Positions 1 to 17,126 of a stretch of 64,000 nt of DNA are shown here, piece by piece. Positions within the stretch are counted from its first letter, which is position 1. Each line of letters opens with the position of its first letter. Source of the stretch: the human T2T-CHM13v2.0 reference genome, Homo sapiens; the NCBI RefSeq assembly GCF_009914755.1, contig NC_060934.1, one strand, 5' to 3'. The translations under genes were made by a program, and so were the position numbers. The notes beneath the pieces were generated by a model. That model made no database searches. It saw only the letters and a list, made by a program, of their open reading frames with translations, and was not told the origin of the DNA.

Positions 1-128
1 TTTCTTTCTTTCTTTCTTTCTCTTTCTCTTTCTTTCTCTTTCCCTCCCTTCCTTCCTTTCTCTCCCCCTCCCTCCCTCTCTTTCTTTCTTTCTCTCTCTC
101 TTTCCTTCCTTCTTTCTCTTTCTTTCTT

Positions 129-166
<38 letters not shown>

Positions 167-238
167 TTTCTCTCCTTCCTTCCTTCCTCTCTCTCTCTTT
201 CTTTCCCTTTCTTTCCTTTCTTGCTTCTTTCTTTTTTT
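1..238. repeat. (TTTC/CT)n pyrimidine-rich simple repeat, expanded tail of the adjacent minus-strand Alu
   Basis: Nearly pure C/T tract directly abutting the Alu 3' end. Confidence 0.9.
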
Positions 239-690
239 GTGTGATGGGGTCTCACTCTGTTGCCCAGGTTAGAGTGTAGTGCCACAGTCATAGTTCACTG
301 CTGTCTTGAACTCCTGGGCTTCAGTGATCTTCCTGGCTCAGCTTCCCAAGTAGCTGAGGCTACAGGCACATATCACCATGCCCAGCTACTTTTATTTATT
401 TTTTGTAGAAACAGAGTCTCAGTAAGTTGCCCAAGCTGGAGTGCAGTGGCATGATCATGCTTCACTGCAATCTTGACCTCCCTGGGCTCAGGTGATCCTT
501 CCACCTCAGCCTCCAGAGTAGCTGGGACTACAAGTGTGCGCTACCACACTTGGCTAATTTTTAAAATTATTATTTTTTTTTTTGTATAGACAGGGTTTCA
601 CCATGTTGCCCAGCCTGGTCTTGAACTCCTAGGCTCAAGTGGTCCACCCTGTAGTGCTGAGATTACAGGCATGAGCCACTGCACCCAGCC
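239..690 (-). mobile_element. AluJ-type element with an extra right-arm monomer (three monomers)
   Basis: Two successive right-arm segments, then a left arm ending gagccactgcacccagcc; J-type ctcctgggctca motifs. Confidence 0.85.
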
Positions 691-884
691 AAGAGTTAAT
701 TTTTTAAGGACAGTTCTGTCTTTTGTTTTCCCAGAAAGCAAGAACCACCCATGTGTTTCTACCTTCTCGGCAAGTTACTGATCCTCACTGAATAAAAGCA
801 GCTACCTCATAGAAATTAAGTGTAATTATGTACACAAAGCTTTTTGAATATGTGTGACACATAGCAAATTTTGTGTCTCAGTAA

Positions 885-1276
<392 letters not shown>

Positions 1277-1573
1277 TACCCTGGGTGGGCCAATTTTAAA
1301 AAAATATACTTTATTTTTAAAAGCAGTTTCAGGCTCACAGCAAGCTTAAGCAGAAAGCATAGAGTTCCCTAAATCCTCCCTCCCTCACGTATGCACAGCC
1401 TCTCTCACCATCACATCCTTCATCGGTGTGATCACATTTCTTATAATCAATGAACCTGCATGGACACATCATTATCACCCAAAGTCCATAGTTGACATGG
1501 AAGTTCGCCCTTGGTGCCGTACATTCTATGGGTTTTAACAAGAATATTCACCATTACAGTATTATACAAAAGA

Positions 1574-1856
<283 letters not shown>

Positions 1857-2197
1857 GCTTCATTGCCACACAAATCCTCTATGCTTCACCTATTCATCCT
1901 TCCTCCCTCTAATTCCTAGCACCCACTGATCTCTTTATGATTTTGCCTTCTTCAAAATGCCATATAGTTGGAATCATACACTATGCAGCCTCTTCAGATT
2001 GGCTTCTTTCACTTAGTAATATGCACTTAAAGTTCCTCCATGTCTTCATGTAGCTTGGCAGCTCATTTCTTTTTAGCACTGAATAATATATTACATTGTC
2101 TGGATGTACAATAGTTTATCCCTTCATTTATTGAAGGACATCTTGGATGCTTCTAAATTTTGGCAATTATGAATTAAGCTGCTACATGTTTATGGTG

Positions 2198-2680
<483 letters not shown>

Positions 2681-2859
2681 TGATTGCTGGATTGTATGGT
2701 GAAGATATGTTTAATTTTATACAATACTGCTAAATTGTTTTTCCAATACACTATTTGGATTTCCACTGGTAATGAATGAAAATTCCTGCTGACCCACATC
2801 CTCGCCAGCATTTGGTGTTGTCAATGTTCTGGATTTTGGCCATGCTAATAGGTATATAG

Positions 2860-3431
<572 letters not shown>

Positions 3432-3460
3432 TAAAATATTTTTAAGTTAGAAAATACCAC

Positions 3461-3600
3461 TGCCTGGTGCAGCAGCTCATGCCTGTAATCGCAACACTTT
3501 GGGAGGATAAGGGAGACGGGTCACTTGAACCCAAATGTTCAAGGCCAGCCTGGGCAACATAGTGAGACCTTGCTTGTCTCTACAAAAAATAAAAATAATA
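3461..3600 (+). mobile_element. FLAM / Alu left monomer
   Basis: Single left arm ending gtctctacaaaaaataaaaat. Confidence 0.8.
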
Positions 3601-3661
3601 ACAATGAAAAAGAAAATACCACAGAGTGACAAGAAACAGCGCTTGAACAGCCAGAAAAGGT

Positions 3662-3698
3662 TGTGTGTGTATATCTGTGTGTGTGTGTGTGTGTGTGT
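3662..3698. repeat. (TG)n microsatellite
   Basis: Directly visible. Confidence 0.9.
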
Positions 3699-3756
3699 AC
3701 GTGCCTACTGTAAAATACTGAGGTAGTAGCTTGTTTTTCTAGTCATTTAATAAAAC

Positions 3757-4720
3757 GTTTTATTTCAAAATAATTTTAAACATTCAGAAGAATTGCAAAG
3801 TTAGTACCGGGAATTCCAGTTTATCCTTTACGCAGTTTCCCTTAATGTTGACATCTTACGTAACAATGACACAATGATCACAATAAAGAAATTAACATTA
3901 GAGCAACAGTATTAACTAACCTACAGGCCTTACTAGGATTTGACCAGCTTTTCTTCTAACGTCCTTGTTCTGTTCCAGAACTGAATCCAGGATACCATGC
4001 TGCATTTTAGTTGTCGTGTCTCCTTAGCGCCCTTTGATCTTTTATGCTTTCTCTATGTCTTTGTTTTTCATGACTTCGACACGTTTAAGGAGGACCAATC
4101 AGGTATTTTGTAGACCCAACGTGTATTTGTCTGATACTTCATGATACAGGCTTTTAGGAAGAATACTGAAGATGTAATGTGTACTTGACTCATACCAATG
4201 ATGTTTACCTTGATTACTTGGTTAAGGTGGTGTCTGCCACATTTTTCTCCTGTAAAGTTACTATTTTTCCCATTCCTATGCAAATATTGTATGTCTCCTT
4301 AAAGTTTTGGCCACTAATTTTAGCATTCATCAATGAAGTTTGCCTGCAGCGATAATTACTGTGGAATTCTAGTGCTGCTTTTCTATTCCTCTCATTCTTC
4401 CACATTTATTATTTAGAATTCTTCTGTAAAAAAGATTTGTCCCTTCTCTCCCGCTTGTTTATGTATTCAATCACCTACTTATAGGTGTTTAATTTATTCT
4501 TTGGGTTATAACCCACTACTCCTGTTGTCTGTTTTATTGCCCTAATTGTTCTAGCTTTGGACATCAGGAGCTTTTTTAGGTTGGTTCCTCTATCCCTTTC
4601 ACATGTCTCCCTCCCATGCCCCCCTGCTTTTTTTTTAACTTATCTGGAGCAGTTCCTCACTTTCTGGCACCCAAAGATGCTCATCTTATATTTTTCCTGC
4701 CCTAGAATTAGAATCAGCAA
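3757..4720 (-). mobile_element. Old L1 (L1MC4-like) 3' region
   Basis: aataattttaaacattcagaagaattgcaaa...aatgttgacatcttacgtaac resembles the L1MC4 3'UTR. Confidence 0.65.
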
Positions 4721-4803
4721 AAAAAAAAAAATCCATGTATATGTGTATATATATGGACTCACATACACACAAATATAGCGATGTTTATATGCATATCTAT
4801 CAA

Positions 4804-5291
4804 CTGTGGTTCCCCCATCATCTGCAGGGGACACGTTCCAAGGCTCCCAGTGGATACCTGAAACCACAGATGGTACCAAACCCTATATATATATATACAC
4901 ACACTGTATATATATATACACACACTGTATATATATATACACACACTGTATATATATATACACACACTGTATATATATATACACACACTGTATATATATA
5001 CACACTGTATATATATATACACACACTGTATATATATATACACACTGTATATATATATACACACTGTATATATATATACACACTGTATATATATATACAC
5101 ACTGTATATATATATACACACACTGTATATATATATACACACACACACATATATAGTTTTTTCTATATATACATGATTATGATAAAGTTTAATTTATATA
5201 TAGAGGCACAATTAAATTAGAGATGAACAACAATAAGTAATCATAAAACAGGACAATGCTAACAATATATGTTAATGAAACTGATGTGCAT
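4804..5291 (+). mobile_element. MER44A (Tigger7-derived MITE), 5' part
   Basis: ggggacacgttccaaggctcccagtggatacctgaaaccacagatggtaccaaaccctatat...tatgataaagtttaatttata matches the MER44 consensus. Confidence 0.8.
4884..5155. repeat. Compound minisatellite [(TA)n(CA)nCTG]n, unit about 19-21 bp, about 13 copies
   Basis: Directly visible; produces the YIYTHTV-type ORFs. Confidence 0.95.
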
Positions 5292-5990
5292 TGCCCGTCT
5301 GGCTCGGCCTCCTTCTCTGCGGCTGCGCGGGAAACCCCACGGCTTCCCCTCTACGTGCCTGGCGGCGGCGCCACCGCGCGCCTTCCTCAGCCGCTGTTAA
5401 CCCCGGGGTCTAGAGAAGCACTGAGAGGACTCCTCAGCCTGGTGAGTGGCCCGCAAAGGACAGCGCTCGCCCCAGGTGCCTTAGCCTCAGGAGTCAGGTC
5501 CCCTACCCGGGCGTGCAGGCGGGTTTGGAGGGGTGGTCGCGGAGGAAGGGGGCACAGGTATACCTGGCCCCACAGCGACCCCAGACGTTGCCCTCCTCAG
5601 GGAGGGGACCCCCGGGAAGCTCCTGCTGCGGCTGGCGGGTGTCCCATGCAGTAGGGCCCGGGGCAAGGGTATGCCACCAGTCAGGACTGCCACCTCCCAC
5701 CTTCCTGCAGCCCGGGGACGCTGACCCCTGCCCGGGCAGCATGATGTGTCACGCTGGTGTTCACTTCCAACACAGAAGCCCCGAGTCTAAGCCTCCCCGC
5801 CTTGGACAGATGGAGTTACGCCCCGCAGCCCCATTTTTCTCTTCACCCTGTTTCGCGGGAATTCAGCTAAATACACAGAGCGGCCTCCTTCTCCCCGAGT
5901 CAATGAGAGAAAGCTCAAAAAAGGACCGAGCCATCCCTGTTGCTAGCTCGACTTCATCACTTTACGCGTCCTGAAACTACTATAGATGTT
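5292..5990 (+). promoter_or_regulatory. CpG-island-like GC-rich segment (inserted fragment), candidate promoter/first exon
   Basis: 15 CpGs within about 5294-5408; strong donor CTG|GTGAGT at 5441/5442; abrupt change from AT-rich flanks. Confidence 0.6.
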
Positions 5991-6062
5991 TGCTCTTCTC
6001 AGAAATAGCGGGGGGAACACATTTCCTTATTATGTTTTTAGGCTTTTCAGGTGTTGCCATTT

Positions 6063-6361
6063 ATTTTAATTTAATTTTAGTTTTTGAGATGGAGTCTTAC
6101 TCTGTCGCCCAGGCTGGAGTGCAGTGGCACAGATCTCTGCTCACTGCAACCTCCGCCCTCCTGGTCCAAGTGATTCTCCTACCTTAGCCTCCCAAGTAGC
6201 TGGGATTACAGGCCCGTGCCACCACGCCTGGCTAATTGTATTTTCAAGTAGAGATGGGGTTTTACCATATGAGCCATGATGGTCTTGAACTCCTGACCTC
6301 AAGCGATCCGCCTACCTCGGCCTCCCAAAGTGCTGGGATTACAGGTGTGAGCCACTGTTCC
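6063..6361 (-). mobile_element. AluS
   Basis: TSD caggtgttgccattt (6048-6062) / cagatgttgcaattt (6362-6376). Confidence 0.9.
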
Positions 6362-6408
6362 CAGATGTTGCAATTTAAAAACCCAAAACAACAACCAACC
6401 CCCCACTC

Positions 6409-6597
6409 AAAGTGATGTGAATGTGGTCTCTCCCTCTCCCCCTTCCTCTCCCCCTCCCCCTCCCTCTACACACCTATTTTCCAACTTTGTTTGACCCCTT
6501 CTCCCTCCCTCTGTACACACCTGTTTTCCCCCGTGGTTGACCGCAGATAACTGAAAGTTTGGAAATAAAAATCGTGGTGGCCAAGGGGGATTACAGC
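6409..6597 (+). mobile_element. MER44A, 3' part
   Basis: aaagtgatgtgaatgtggtctctc...gtggttgaccgcagataactgaaa...aagggggattacag resumes the consensus where the 5' part stops. Confidence 0.8.
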
Positions 6598-6654
6598 ACA
6601 TATGTCTCCATCTGTCTCTCTAAATTACAAGCCATGAATTTATACCAGTCACCC

Positions 6655-7064
6655 TGTGAGAAACAAACTCACCTGTCCAAACCCAAAAAAATGGACTCAG
6701 AGACCTGAAGAACAGCGACAGTGAGACTTTTAATGACGGTCTTGCAAGATCGGGTGTCTGATGGGTAGGCACACCCAGCACAGTTACAAGCAATTTATCC
6801 CCTCAGGTCCCTCCACTGGTTCCTCATAGGCTGAGTACTATGGGGTCACAATCTTCCTGGACATTGCCTATCGGTTGTTGGGTTGGGGCTTTAGATGTTT
6901 TTAGGGTTGTCTTGCTGCATTTTGTTGTAGCCGACGGTGTATCACAATTCTAGTTAGCTCAGGGGCTGTTTAAGTATTTGACTTATGATCTAAGTAGCTG
7001 GGCAGTCTGATAAGAACAGACAAATATATATTTGATATATAAAATATATCAATTTGCTTACACA
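6655..7064 (-). mobile_element. Solo LTR (ERVL-type, subfamily uncertain)
   Basis: TG...CA termini; minus-strand ATTAAA near 6730; 5-bp flanks caccc/tgccc consistent with a CpG-decayed TSD. Confidence 0.65.
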
Positions 7065-7724
7065 TGCCCCTCTGTGATCCCAATCTCCTGACCACACTCT
7101 GTAATCACAGCTCACCATTTTGGCACCTCCTTCCTTCTCCCCTCCAAGGGCCTCAGTGCTGCTGTCCCCACAGGAAAGGGAAAGGAGAGGAGCAACTTAT
7201 TTTTAAGAAGCAGGTTTCACAGATGGGAATCAAGATGGGACCACACGACTGTCTTGGAATTCAGTCTTGGGAGCTGAAAGCCACTCACTGAATCTGTCTT
7301 TTCCAGGAAGGCTTCTGAGGCAAATGTTCATTGGATCTTAAATCTGGAGTCCCAGGGTTTCTCCTGTTAGCCTGTCCCTAAGACACGCTCACTTAGCAAG
7401 GCAGGTGCTGCTTCAGAGGTGCTGCAAAGGGTTTACTTCAGACCAAAATATAATTGTCATATGATTGGTGATTCCTGAGATCACTTCATGGTGAGCAGAA
7501 GAAGAAAGCCTTTCATGCCAAGCCGACCCCGCATTGACCCCTCTTGTGATCTCACTGACTATCCCAGACCTGCTGTTGGTCATCCTGGTTAGGACCAACT
7601 CTGCTACCTGCCTGGTGTGTCTTCTCAGCTGCTCCTGGGTAGGAGGCAACAGCCTCCCTTCCTAGTAGAGTATCTGTTTGTGTGATATAAGAACACAAAT
7701 AGGATTATGCCACCCTCTGCTTCA

Positions 7725-8303
<579 letters not shown>

Positions 8304-9280
8304 TTAGCATGTTTGTCTGAGTCAGTATCACTTGAACTAATTAAGTTTTTCTTTGCTCACTATGCTTTGCTGGGCTTTCTCAAGCTTTTTATGACTCATT
8401 GAAATACAAGCTTGTGGTTCTCTTACGTTACATAATAGATCGGCATGTCAGCAGATAACTTGTTTGCAGGGAGCTGGTGAAATGCCGGGACAAGTGACAA
8501 CTGCTCAATGTCTGTAAGGAACACATCACCAAATAGAACAGGTTGGAAAATGAGTACAGATACTCGAAAGCCTTAATCTGCAATTTCTAGGTCATCATGC
8601 GGAATGGATTAATATAAAAATGGAGAGTGGGCCTATTACTGAGAAAAAAATACATCAGGATATTCCTTTTGTGCGGTATTCATTAAGCAATGACAAGGCC
8701 CATGCCTCACCATATTTTAATTTTCCTTATATATCAGAGACAGAGATTGAATTTTTAAAAATCTGGGCCTGTCAAATCTGAATGCTGAAAATTGCTAGTA
8801 AATTAGCTTAAAAAGTTTACCGTGCTGAATATGAACCGTTTGCTGTTTGGCATAGTAAGAACTGAGATTTTAGAAAGAGGATCTTTGGAAAGGAAGGTGA
8901 GAAGAAGGAGTCACTGCATTTCAAAGTAGCACCTTTTAAACTTACACGGAAGAAGAAGCTGGTGGTATTTGCTGCATGGTTGATTCTACTTTAGGTGGTC
9001 CACATTAAAAAGTATGGAACATCTTTTGTGTGCGTGAGTGATAGTGATGAAGATGGTGATTGACAGAGATAACTTTCCATGTGGGGGGATGGGTGGGACT
9101 TCTTTGGTGGGATCTGTGCGGTGCCTGGGACTTGGCCACATCACTGTGCTTCTAGAATTTTCAGTGGTGTTTGAAATTTCTCCCATTAGAATAATAATTA
9201 TGACTTTGTATCATAACTTGGGGTTCCAAATGCTCTGGTTATCAGGACAGAGAAATATCTTAAACATTAATAGCCATCAA

Positions 9281-9581
9281 AGGTTGAGTGCAGTGGCTCA
9301 TACCCCTTATCCCAGTACGTTAGGAGGCAGAGGTGGGAGGATTGCTAGAGGCTGGGAGTTTGAGACCAGCCTGGTCAACAGCAAGACTCCATCTCTGAAA
9401 AAAATCCTAAAATTAGCCAGGTGTGGTGGCACGTGCTTATAGTTTCAGCTCTTGGGAGGCTGGGGCAGGAGGATCACTTGAGCCCAGGAATTTGAGGCTG
9501 CAGTGAGCTATGATTGTGCCACTGCACTCCAGCCTGGGTGACAAGAGTGAGACCTTGTCTCCAAAAAAAGAAGAAAAAAAA
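9281..9581 (+). mobile_element. AluJ
   Basis: ggaggatcacttgagcccaggaatttgaggctgcagtgagctatgatt. Confidence 0.9.
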
Positions 9582-10459
9582 ATTATCAGAATTCTGGATC
9601 CACAGCTACCCTGCCAGCACTGAGAAAAACCCACTAAAACAGGATGGGTTATTCTGGACAGTAAATGATTACAAAAGTGGGGATAGTTCTGCTGAAAGTG
9701 GAAGAAGAGGCAAAAAAGAAATACACAGAACATTCTAGAGGAAGAGCTCAAGCTGTGAATCTTGAACGTTCAGATATCCAGATGTGCTGAATGAAAAATA
9801 GGTCTTTGTGTCATATGAGCACAATCTTGTGTTTTTTATTTTCTTTTTTCCCTTTTATTTATTTATCTTTTACTATTAGCCATACTTGCTGTCACTTTTA
9901 TTTAAAATGCACTTAATATGACTGAAGCATAGTGGTATCAGTAGAAACCATTTTTTCCTAGGCACTGATCCCAGTTCTGCATAAATACCAGGTGACTCCT
10001 AAAAAATTTCTCTCTAATTATATAATATTATAAGCAATCTACAGTTATTTAAAGCTTCAATGCTGTAGGCAAAACACAACTGAAATATTACATTATGCAT
10101 GTTTTATTTCGAATGAATCAAGCAATAAAACCTTAGAAGCAGCCGTTAGCTTTAGGTAATTGTCTGCATCTAAAAATTAAATGCTCCAAAGAACTGCAAA
10201 GAATGCTTAGTGGGCAAGGTCATGCAAAAAGGGTCCCCTCTTTAGATGTGGTATTCAACAACATTTCATTAGACAGCGGTACCAACTTGAGCTTTTAATC
10301 TTTATAGTGCTATGATTTGGTAGTGATTTTTGTTGTTAGGATTTGAATTGTTAAGATGCCAACAAAAATCAATTTTCAAAAATTAGGTGAGGAATAATAT
10401 GCTTTTCTTTAGAGTACTATACGTCACCTTGGTTTTCTCTCTTTCCTGTTTGTGCTCTT

Positions 10460-11830
<1,371 letters not shown>

Positions 11831-11956
11831 TTCATAAACATTTCTTAAATGAGCAAATTATTTCTTCTTGGTTGGTTAATTGACAGCCCACAAATACTGT
11901 GCACCAGTAAACTAGATGTGTTTCAACTACTTTGTACCCACAGTTTGGCTAATTAG

Positions 11957-12831
<875 letters not shown>

Positions 12832-13020
12832 TTGTTATCAACGATTAGGAGATCAGGCACATCTTGACTTTCACTTAGTAAGAGTAAGCCTTTGTGTCTA
12901 AAAAAATCATACTAGTTTATTAAAAGTCTGTTTTTATTGGGTTAACTAATCAGACAATAAAAATTACAAAAGGGGGCTAAGGAGGGAATTCAACTGATTT
13001 TGTAGGGTGGACGTGTATAG

Positions 13021-13332
<312 letters not shown>

Positions 13333-13496
13333 TAGATTAGCCAAGAATATGCTTGTTCTCATTGCCAAGGCCTGGAGATAGGCCTGCGGCCTGAAAGGAC
13401 CTCGACAGAGAGCCTCGCGGTGACCCTTTGATGCTCTCTGGATATACCAGGAAAACTGCACGATGTGAGGCACACAGTGAGAAAGCCAATCTGTGT

Positions 13497-13806
<310 letters not shown>

Positions 13807-14270
13807 TAACTAGTGGTAGATACTCAGTAAGGGCAAGTTTTCCACGAAAGAAAAAGTGGAGGATGCAGCAATTGATAGCATGTTAGAGAATGAGTCTCCC
13901 TGTGTGTGTGGCCTTCCTGGTAAGGGGAAATTAGGTTCTGAGAAGGAAGTTAAGATTGTGTGTGAAAGGAGGAAGGTGCTATCTCAAGCTTTGTCCTTAA
14001 TGATCATTAAGGAGGAGAAATGGAGTGTAGTGTAAGGAGACTGATAGCAGGGAAATGAAACTCCAGCCATTTGAAACCAGTCAATAGAGTCAAATGTTTT
14101 CTGTCTGCTGTTCACCTTCTTGAGCCACTGTGCAGATGCAGGCAGCAAAGAAATGACAAACAATTACCTCCCTGGGCAGGTGAACCTATTTCAAAACCCA
14201 TGGGCAGGAGTTTTAACCTGGATTCCATGAGTAAACTCCAGGAATTTGTGAAATCCTGAAACCCACATAT

Positions 14271-14488
14271 CATACATGTTTATGATGATCCCTTAGGTGT
14301 ATTTATTTCTGAGAAAATTAGTCATAACTTTTTATTGGATTTTCAAAGGGGTCTGTGAGTTTTAAAAGGGAAGATACTATCACACATGTTTATGGTGATC
14401 CCTTATATGTATTTATTTCTGGGAAAATTAGTCATAACTTTTTCTTGGATTTTCAAAGGGGTCTGTGAGTTTTAAAAGGGAAGATACT
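14271..14488. repeat. 110-bp tandem duplication within a degenerate hAT/Charlie-like MITE (about 14205-14490)
   Basis: catacatgtttatg...gggaagatact repeated at 14271 and 14381. Confidence 0.9.
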
Positions 14489-14516
14489 CTGTTGGATAGC
14501 TTTGTCCAGTGCTATA

Positions 14517-14823
14517 CTTTTTTTTTTTTTTTTGGAGATAGGGTCTTGCTCTGTTGCCCAGGCTGGAGTACAGTGGTGTGATCATGGCTTACTGCAGCCT
14601 TGACCTCCTGGCCTCAAGTGATCCTCCCACTGTGGCCTCCTGAGTAGCTGCAACTACAGACATGTGTCACTATACCTGGGTATTTATTACTATTATTATT
14701 TTTGTAGGGATGGGATCTCACTATGTTGTCCAGCCTGGTCTTGAACTCTTGGGCTCAAGTGATCATCCTGCCTTGGCCTCCTGAAGCGCTGGGATTGCAG
14801 GCATGATCCACCATGCCCTGCCC
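14517..14823 (-). mobile_element. AluJ
   Basis: Full dimer with J diagnostics. Confidence 0.9.
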
Positions 14824-15967
14824 AACGGTACACTTTTCAGGAGAAAACTCTTCCACTTCTGTCTTAGGTAGCAGCAATCAAGATGAATCCTAGATCCACC
14901 AAGGGGACAAAATTGTTACTAAAAAAACTTTCTATAGCGTAGTAAATTTGTAGCCTAGGGAAGGCTTCAACCTGTTAGGCTGAAAGCAGCTATGACTTTC
15001 AGTAAATCTGAAAAGAGCATTCCTGTTGCAGAATCAATGAGACTCTGTAGGCTTTGGCTGATAGACAAATGACTCACTGTCTTCAAAACTACTATGGAAA
15101 AGGCTATGCTTTGCATCTGTCTAGGGTGTAAATTTGCTTTTGATTGACAATGTGATAGCAAACAATTTAAAGGGAAGAAACAGAGAGAAAATGTCATCTT
15201 TGTGGGCAGATGCTTTTATTAGGAGCTGAAAGTGTGATGGAAGTACTTTTGAAAATGTGTTATTTCTCCCTGTTCTTTTTTGCCACTGTAAGCAGAGAAA
15301 AAAAGTTTTTATTCTTACCCTTGTCTAAGAAAAGTCAGCAGATTCAAAATTCACTGTAAGCACAAAAGGTTTGTGAATCTGCATTTTATGGTGGGTACAT
15401 ACTGGCTTGGTAATAAATGGTTTCAGGGCGCTTGTAACTTCAATTATTGTTGCAATTTAGAATGATTGAGCAACTATTTTTGTGAAATACTGTTTGGTGA
15501 AAACTCAAGTGTTTACTGGGAATTCTTTATAAAACATGGGGTGCTTATTATCTTAGGGCTTTGGGCTAAAAAATGTTGATTTATTGGGTAGAATGAATTG
15601 TTCTAGCCTGACATCAGAAGTACCAAGTTGCCTTGTGGCTCCTTAAATTCAGTTTGTGTGTTTGGTATTTGCAGATGATACGTTAATTTTAAAAATCTTT
15701 AGGGAGTCTTTAAATAAATACTGCCATGTAAGCCTGAAAAAAGTCCATGCCTCTTCTTCCAGGGAGCTGCCCAGACACTGGGCAAATCAGATTTCATAAA
15801 TATAGCTTGTTGTTATCCTTTACCTATCGTGGAAAGATAAGACAGGAAATCAGCACACCTAATTCAATAACAGATAAGAAAAGCACACTTTTTCTTTTCT
15901 GAGAGCTGTGTAACCTGAGGGTCAATTTGAATGTTTAGAGAATTTTTCTTTTTGAATTTTGTGGGCA

Positions 15968-16060
15968 TTTTAAATATATATATTTATATATATTAATATA
16001 TGTATTTAAATATATATATATTAATATATATTTAAATATATGTTTTATATATATAAAACA
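15968..16060. repeat. AT-rich low-complexity (TA)n tract
   Basis: Directly visible. Confidence 0.8.
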
Positions 16061-17126
16061 ATGAGTTTATATTAAATGTGACCTGCTTAAAATAGAAAAA
16101 AGAGAGCCAGTTCCATTAATCTGAGTCAGTAGAAGTTGAAAATCCTTTATACCACTCTTTTCTTTTTTAATTTCCTCAGCTCACGTTCTCAGATGGCCCT
16201 TCTCACTGCAGAGGGGCTCTGATGTACCAATGCGAACGTTTCAAATGTACACTGCAGGTTCTGTCTGCGGAGACCTTTTGGGCTGTTCATCCGTATTATT
16301 ATCTGATAAGAAAGAACTTACATTGAGAAGCCAACTGTCACTCAAACTCCCTCCATTCCAGTGAGCCTTGAGGGTGCCCTATCAGCACAGATCTGCCAGG
16401 CTGCCCTCATGGCGCTGTCTAAAATAGCACTGCCTGCCTTGGCTCCCTGGATCAATGAATCTGCAGTGAGGCTTTACTGTGCTTTGCTACTCCATCGCCA
16501 CTTGTCTTTTGCTGATCTTCAGGCATCAAGATTTTGTCACCTTCTTATTCTCAAGCGCCTGCATCATCTTGTCATTCTTCGCTTCACTTTAGCTACTTAT
16601 TCCTTGCAGAACCCAGAGAGCGTTCCAGAAAGTCGAAAGTTTAGAAATGTCTTCACAAAGCTGAACACTCTGACTTCCAAGGACATAACCTTCCTACTTT
16701 TCTGTATTCATTTCTCTGAGAACTTTTGCTGCTGTCACTGTTCTGCCCCAGATCATGTATGGCCAACATGAGAATAATCCCCAGTACTTACTTTCCAGGT
16801 ATTAAGTTCGAGTAGACACCAAACCTATTGCTTATTATCCCTGCTTCTTTTCTCTGGGAGACACAGAAAAAAAGAGACAGAGAGGACTGAGAGAATATGA
16901 TGTGTGTGCGTGTGTGTGCTCATGAGCATAGGCATATAGAAGAAATTGATACCCAGAATTCTAGAATGAAAGGCCCACTTTATCACATGCTAAATAATTA
17001 TTGTATCACGCAACTCTAGTTCTTTTATGCATTTTTAAAATGAAAACTCCAGTTTAAAATATGGCATTCTTAGTCATAGTCTTACCTTCTTAGAACTTTT
17101 TTTTTTTCAATTAAAAATATTTTTTT

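Noticed and set aside
4735-5220. Long overlapping ORFs of YIYTHTV/CVYIY repeats
   Set aside because: Translation of a stop-free simple repeat, open in nearly all frames; not coding evidence.
5256-5974. 132-aa and 153-aa ORFs in the GC-rich segment
   Set aside because: Stop-poor GC-rich DNA gives ORFs in many frames; no recognisable protein homology.
7290-7650. Possible exon (acceptor ttttccag near 7306) and 78-aa minus-strand ORF
   Set aside because: No recognisable homology and no clear paired donor; cannot be supported without RNA data.
16361-16771. 136-aa ORF in non-repeat DNA
   Set aside because: GTG start, no domain or homology I recognise; length within chance expectation.
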